The notes under the pieces: model-generated | Told to the model about the DNA's origin: nothing | Database searches by the model: none | Seen by the model: only the letters and a program-made list of their open reading frames with translations | Part shown: one piece after another, positions 63,720 through 64,000 of the stretch | Position numbering within the stretch: position 1 is the stretch's first letter | Layout: every line of letters begins with the position of its first letter | Position numbers and translations under genes: made by a program | Assembly (NCBI GenBank): GCA_036172245.1 | Contig: JAYWIR010000001.1 | Coordinates: forward strand, 2,976,001-3,040,000 | Direction: 5' to 3' | From: Raillietiella orientalis | Taxonomy: Eukaryota | DNA: 64,000 nt

Positions 63720-64000
63720 ACACGCAGCCAGCGTTCGCAGCCGTGTGTGGCTCCGCGCGTGGACACCCAGCTCTGCGGGTTCGAATCCCGGGTGGGGAAG
63801 CATCGACGCCGACAAAACGGGTGAGTCGTGGGTTTCGAGTCCCCTCCGCGGGACCACGTTGGTTGGTCCACAGGTTTCGGGGGCAGCACTGGTGGAAGTC
63901 GGCTGCCCCCTCCGTCTACTGCCCGGGTTCATTCCAGGAATTCAAAAAGCCCTTCGGAGCTCCCCTCCGGTTATGAAGATGGAGCCGTCCATCTCGAACC
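63720..64000 (+). mobile_element. Hairpin-rich tRNA-headed SINE-like repeat, copy F (cut off by the window end)
   Basis: GCAGCCAGCGTT start, GGGTTCGAATCCC B-box at about 63777, second GGGTTTCGAGTCCC at about 63830, then the TTCCAGGAA and CCTCCGGTTATGAA anchors. Confidence 0.8.

Overview
This is eukaryotic, most likely arthropod, genomic DNA: GT-AG introns, homopolymer and microsatellite tracts, decayed transposons, and no operons or CRISPR arrays. One intact protein-coding gene can be rebuilt by hand on the minus strand (ATG 32464, last stop 26878). It is a Fasciclin-3-like adhesion protein with a signal peptide, three Ig domains and one transmembrane helix. It has alternative terminal exons: one gives a PDZ-ligand tail (-DTPV, about 432 aa) and the other an ITIM+ITSM-like double-tyrosine tail (about 511 aa). 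The rest of the window is repeat-rich. It holds at least six copies of a tRNA-headed, SINE-like element whose body is a variable array of UNCG-tetraloop hairpins between conserved anchors. It also holds four 3' remnants of one L1/Tx1-type LINE (zf-RVT knuckle), a hAT-like MITE, a probable LRR pseudogene and low-complexity DNA. Most entries in the ORF track are GC-rich noise. All calls are by eye; no database search was run.
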